The position numbers and the translations under genes were made by a program. Positions 60,373-64,000 of a stretch of 64,000 nt of DNA are shown piece after piece; the stretch's first letter is position 1, and every line of letters starts with the position of its first letter. Source of the DNA: Cladosporium halotolerans (Eukaryota). Under the pieces are notes generated by a model that worked only from the letters and a program-made list of their open reading frames with translations, was not told the origin of the DNA and did not search any database. The stretch spans positions 1-64,000 of the forward strand of contig NW_027191476.1 of assembly GCF_011745625.1 (NCBI RefSeq), in the 5' to 3' direction.

Positions 60373-61954
60373 ATGAACAGCCTCAATATCTTGTCCGGGC
60401 TCACCACCACCCCGCCCTCCACTCCTCCCAGGTCGCGCACAGGCAGCTCGGCAAACGTCGAATCGCTCTCCTCGTCCCGCCGGGGCCATGATGATTCCAG
60501 CTTCGATTCGCTCTCGGAGAAGCTAGGCCACATCAAATCGCAAGATTTTGCGGATCGCCAGAACGCCGAGCACATCGATCTGGATGAGAAGACACCTCTA
60601 CTGGATCGTGAGGACGATGAGAAGCCCAAGCCCAGTGGAGGTTGGCGACTTCACAGGCGCATAGCGGATGCCGTAGTCTACAGTGTCAAGGTCGTCTACA
60701 ACACAATCACCGCGCCTGGTCGATATGTCATTGCCTGCTTCTACGACGAGCACGGACGCTTTTCTGCTCTTCTTCCGATCAGGAACTTCAAGAACCTCAT
60801 ATCTCGGAAGCGCCGGAAACATTCTGCTGCCTCCGTTGGACTTGATTCTGCACAGCTGCAAGAGGCTCGGGAAGAGAAGGCACAACGTCGAGAAGCAAAA
60901 GCGCAACGAAGGTCTTCACATCAGCGCTCACCTTCCGTTGATACCGTTTCCTCAGTTTCCACCTACGCAACATCAGACACCGAACCCGACATCGAAAGAC
61001 GCGAAGACAGTCCGGCGAGGAACACGCGCTCAAAGACTGCTGCGGCAGCAGCTGCGGATAGAGACGAAATCAAACCCCACAACAAGACCATCCGCATCAA
61101 ACTCCACAACGAGGAAGCCTTGCTGAAACGCAAGGCACAAAAGGCCCAACAGAGGAGCCGGGCGAGCAACGAGGACGTCGAAAAAGTGGCTTCTTCCCTC
61201 AAATCGCCGTCTTCTGGTACTACAACCAAAATGACGCGCTACCCGCGCACCCCTGCTCCTCCTCGGCCTCTGGTCCCTCGTCGCCAGCCATCTTACGCCA
61301 TGTCATACTCAACTGAAACCCCGAAAAAGACCCTCATCATCGATCTCGACGAGACTCTGATCCACTCCATGGCCAAAGGCGGCCGCATGTCAACCGGTCA
61401 CATGGTAGAAGTGCGACTCGGCGGGCCTGTGTCCTCCTCGGGCGTGAGTTTGGGCCCCGGTGTGCCCATCCTGTACTACGTTCACGAACGCCCAGGCTGC
61501 CACGAATTTCTGCGGAAAGTATGCAAGTGGTACAACTTGATCGTCTTCACGGCGTCCGTGCAGGAATACGCCGACCCCGTGATCGACTGGCTGGAGCGCG
61601 AGCGCAAATACTTCTCTGGCCGCTACTACCGGCAGCACTGTACGTTCAGGAACGGGGCGTACATCAAGGATCTGGCGCAGGTCGAGCCCGACCTCAGCCG
61701 CGTCATGATCCTTGACAACTCGCCCATGTCCTATATTTTCCACGAAGGTAAATTCTGTCCTGCTTCTCTTTCTGACCCAAAGTCCGAGTACTGACACTTC
61801 CCCCAAAGACAACGCAATCCCCATCGAAGGCTGGATCAGCGACCCAACCGACCACGAGCTCCAGCACCTCGTGCCCCTGTTCGAAGGCCTGCAGTACGTG
61901 ACGGACGTCCGAGCACTGCTCGCCCTGCGGCAAGGGCAAGCACAGCAAGCATAG
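60373..61954 (+). CDS. NEM1: NIF/FCP1-family phosphatase, Nem1/CTDNEP1 type
   Basis: KTLIIDLDETLIHS HAD motif, FTASVQEYADPVIDWL, YIKDL, ILDNSP; intron 61748-61808. Confidence 0.92.
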
Positions 61955-62428
61955 CGGATCTGTTCTTGTTTTCCGGCCTCCGAGTCGATCAAGCGGACGG
62001 ATGACATGCATTTTCCACGTTTACTCCCTCCAATTTTGGGTTTTGGATCATAGCGAAGGCGCAATGGCGTTCTTGAGCGCGCGTGGCTCTTTCAAATCAT
62101 ACTTTAATCAAAAGCTTGTACCATAGTACAACCATATTTTCTGGCACAGCAACGATCCCAGAAACTTATTACTTTTGCCTACCGAATGCTCACTTCGATA
62201 TTCCTCGTCTTTCACTCGTTCGCTTTCTCCAGTCACCGTGGACTCGAATCCACTCAGAATCGCAAGGGGTAGACAGGAAGTGAAGAAGTGTTGGGGAAAT
62301 AAGCACAATCAATCATACACCGGCGCCAGCCATGCAAATCCCAGATTCCCTATCCCCACTCCATATTACGTACAAAATCCCCTTCTCCAATCCCTTCCCT
62401 TTTTGTAGTCCCTTCACGACCCCCACAC

Positions 62429-63868
62429 CTATCGCCCAACCGAAGCCTCCTTAACCTCATTCTCCAACTGCTCGCTGGGCGCATCCCTCCCCGTCCCAGC
62501 GCCAGCGCCAGCACCAGCACCAGCACCACTCACAGGCCGTCCCCTCCTCCCCCTCGAACTCTCCTCGATCGGGCTCTTAGCCTCCGGGCTGTCGTCCTCG
62601 CCGCTATTCGTGGGGCTCGGGGCGCGGCTGTCGGACAGGTTGCGGCGGTTGCTGCCCTGCATCCAGCCCTTGACGCCGCCGATGAGGCCCATGGCGTAGC
62701 CGGCGGCGAAGTCGTAGTTCTTGCCGCCGTGCTTGCCGCTGCCGTTGGGCGTGGAAGCGCGCTGGGCGGCGCCGGCGGCGTCGAGGGGCGACAGGCGCTC
62801 GACGGCGAGCGGGGATTTGGCGCCGGAGCTCAGGCCGCCGCCGGGCGTGAGGCTGCGGAGCGACGGGGCGGGGGAGTTGTTGCGCGAGGGTTGCCAGAAT
62901 TGCTTGAGCTCGCGGGACAGTTCTTGGCCGGTGGTGGCCCAGTTCTGGCGGATGTTATCGCGGAGCTCGCCGACGTGGCGTTTGATGTCGAGTTCGTTCT
63001 TCTTGAGCCAGGAGACGTTGAGCTCCTGGCGCGAGGTGCCGCGCTTGAACTGGCGGGCGATGTACTGCTCGTAGTCGCGGACGACCTTTGTGATGATGCC
63101 GGTGGTGCTGACGCCCTCGGTGCGCTGCGTGACGAGGAACTTGCCCTGCTCCTTGATGGGCTTGTAGATGTCGTCGCCCTCGGAGGCGCCGTAGGGGATG
63201 TCGTCGTGCGCGACGTAGTCGATCGAGTGCTTCGCCAGGAAGTCGACGTTGATGACCCAGGGGCAGTCCTCGACGACCTCGTCGACCCACTTGCAGTGGC
63301 GGACGGACTCGGCGCGCTCTTTGGCCGAGAGGACCGTGAGGCCCTTGCGCTTGTGCGTCTCTTCGTCGCCCGTCACGCCGACGATCAGGTAGGTGCCGGG
63401 GAAGGCTTCCTTCGCCTGTTGGAGCTGACGCATATGTCTGTGTTACATCCCGAAGTCAGCCTTCGATTCCCAGTTTATCCCATCGCACACCTCAGCTCGA
63501 GGAAGATACAAAACTCACCCAAGATGAAACAGATCAAAAACCCCGTCGGCGTAAACCCTCACCGGCCTTCCGGTCGGAGGCTTATTCGTCTTGTATCCTC
63601 CCTGGGGATCAACCGCGCCAGCCTTAGGCGGCGGAGCCATGCGCATCTTGCCCGCCTCGCCGTGCTCGCCGGCCTCGTTGACGGTGGTGCCATTGGTCTT
63701 GCTGGAGCGCGTGCGCTTCGCGGGCTTGGAGTCGTCCTCGTCATTGTTGGCATTGTTCGCGTCTGTGGACTCGTCGGCGGAGGGAGCGGCGGCGGCGGCG
63801 GCGGCGGGATACTCAGCCGGCTGCTCGTCCTTAGAAAGCGTGCCGGCGCGCTTGCGTTTCGGAGCCAT
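62429..63868 (-). CDS. PCT1: Choline-phosphate cytidylyltransferase
   Basis: VRVYADGVFDLFHLG|HM (HxGH), HCKWVDEV, YVAHDD, QRTEGVSTT; intron 63438-63518. Confidence 0.96.
63786..63806 (+). repeat. (GCG)n microsatellite encoding poly-Ala in the PCT1 N-terminus
   Basis: Seven GCG units; AAAAAAA in the minus-strand protein. Confidence 0.8.
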
Positions 63869-64000
63869 TGTGTGATGTGAGAGTGTTGAGAAGGCGGTAT
63901 TAGCTTTCGGCGAGGCTCGTTGCGGCGTGGGTGGTTGCAGAAGCCGGAGGGAATATCTCAGGAGCTCAAAAGATCAACGCAGAAGCGATTAAAATTACCC

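Overview
Eukaryotic DNA from a filamentous ascomycete (probably a Dothideomycete of Capnodiales/Mycosphaerellales type; this is an inference from protein style and short GT-AG introns). The first ~7.5 kb looks accessory: a probable DNA-transposon end, three decayed genes (SGNH esterase, DUF5695-like secreted protein, alpha/beta hydrolase) and an intact Zn2Cys6 TF / cupin / trans-enoyl-reductase trio. The rest is mostly core genes (mito uL24, TRAPPC2L, two complex I subunits, VDAC, tRNA-Gln, DnaJ, MET6, SDR, Zip3-like RING, POF1-like, acyl-CoA oxidase, eIF2B-beta, Nem1, PCT1). These are interspersed with GH92, an FAD monooxygenase, a PTH11-like receptor, an ADH, a divergent MFS/GH31 pair, a secreted esterase and a degenerate NACHT NLR. 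The most notable hidden signals are: (1) a box C/D snoRNA with two 25S-rRNA antisense elements inside the first GH92 intron; (2) a VDAC locus with a stop-free, in-frame, hairpin-containing intron plus a candidate in-frame upstream exon; (3) an orphan NLR carrying an N-terminal HET-s-type amyloid motif; (4) three tandem hairpins right after the MET6 stop. Splice models and family calls are by eye; no database searches were run.
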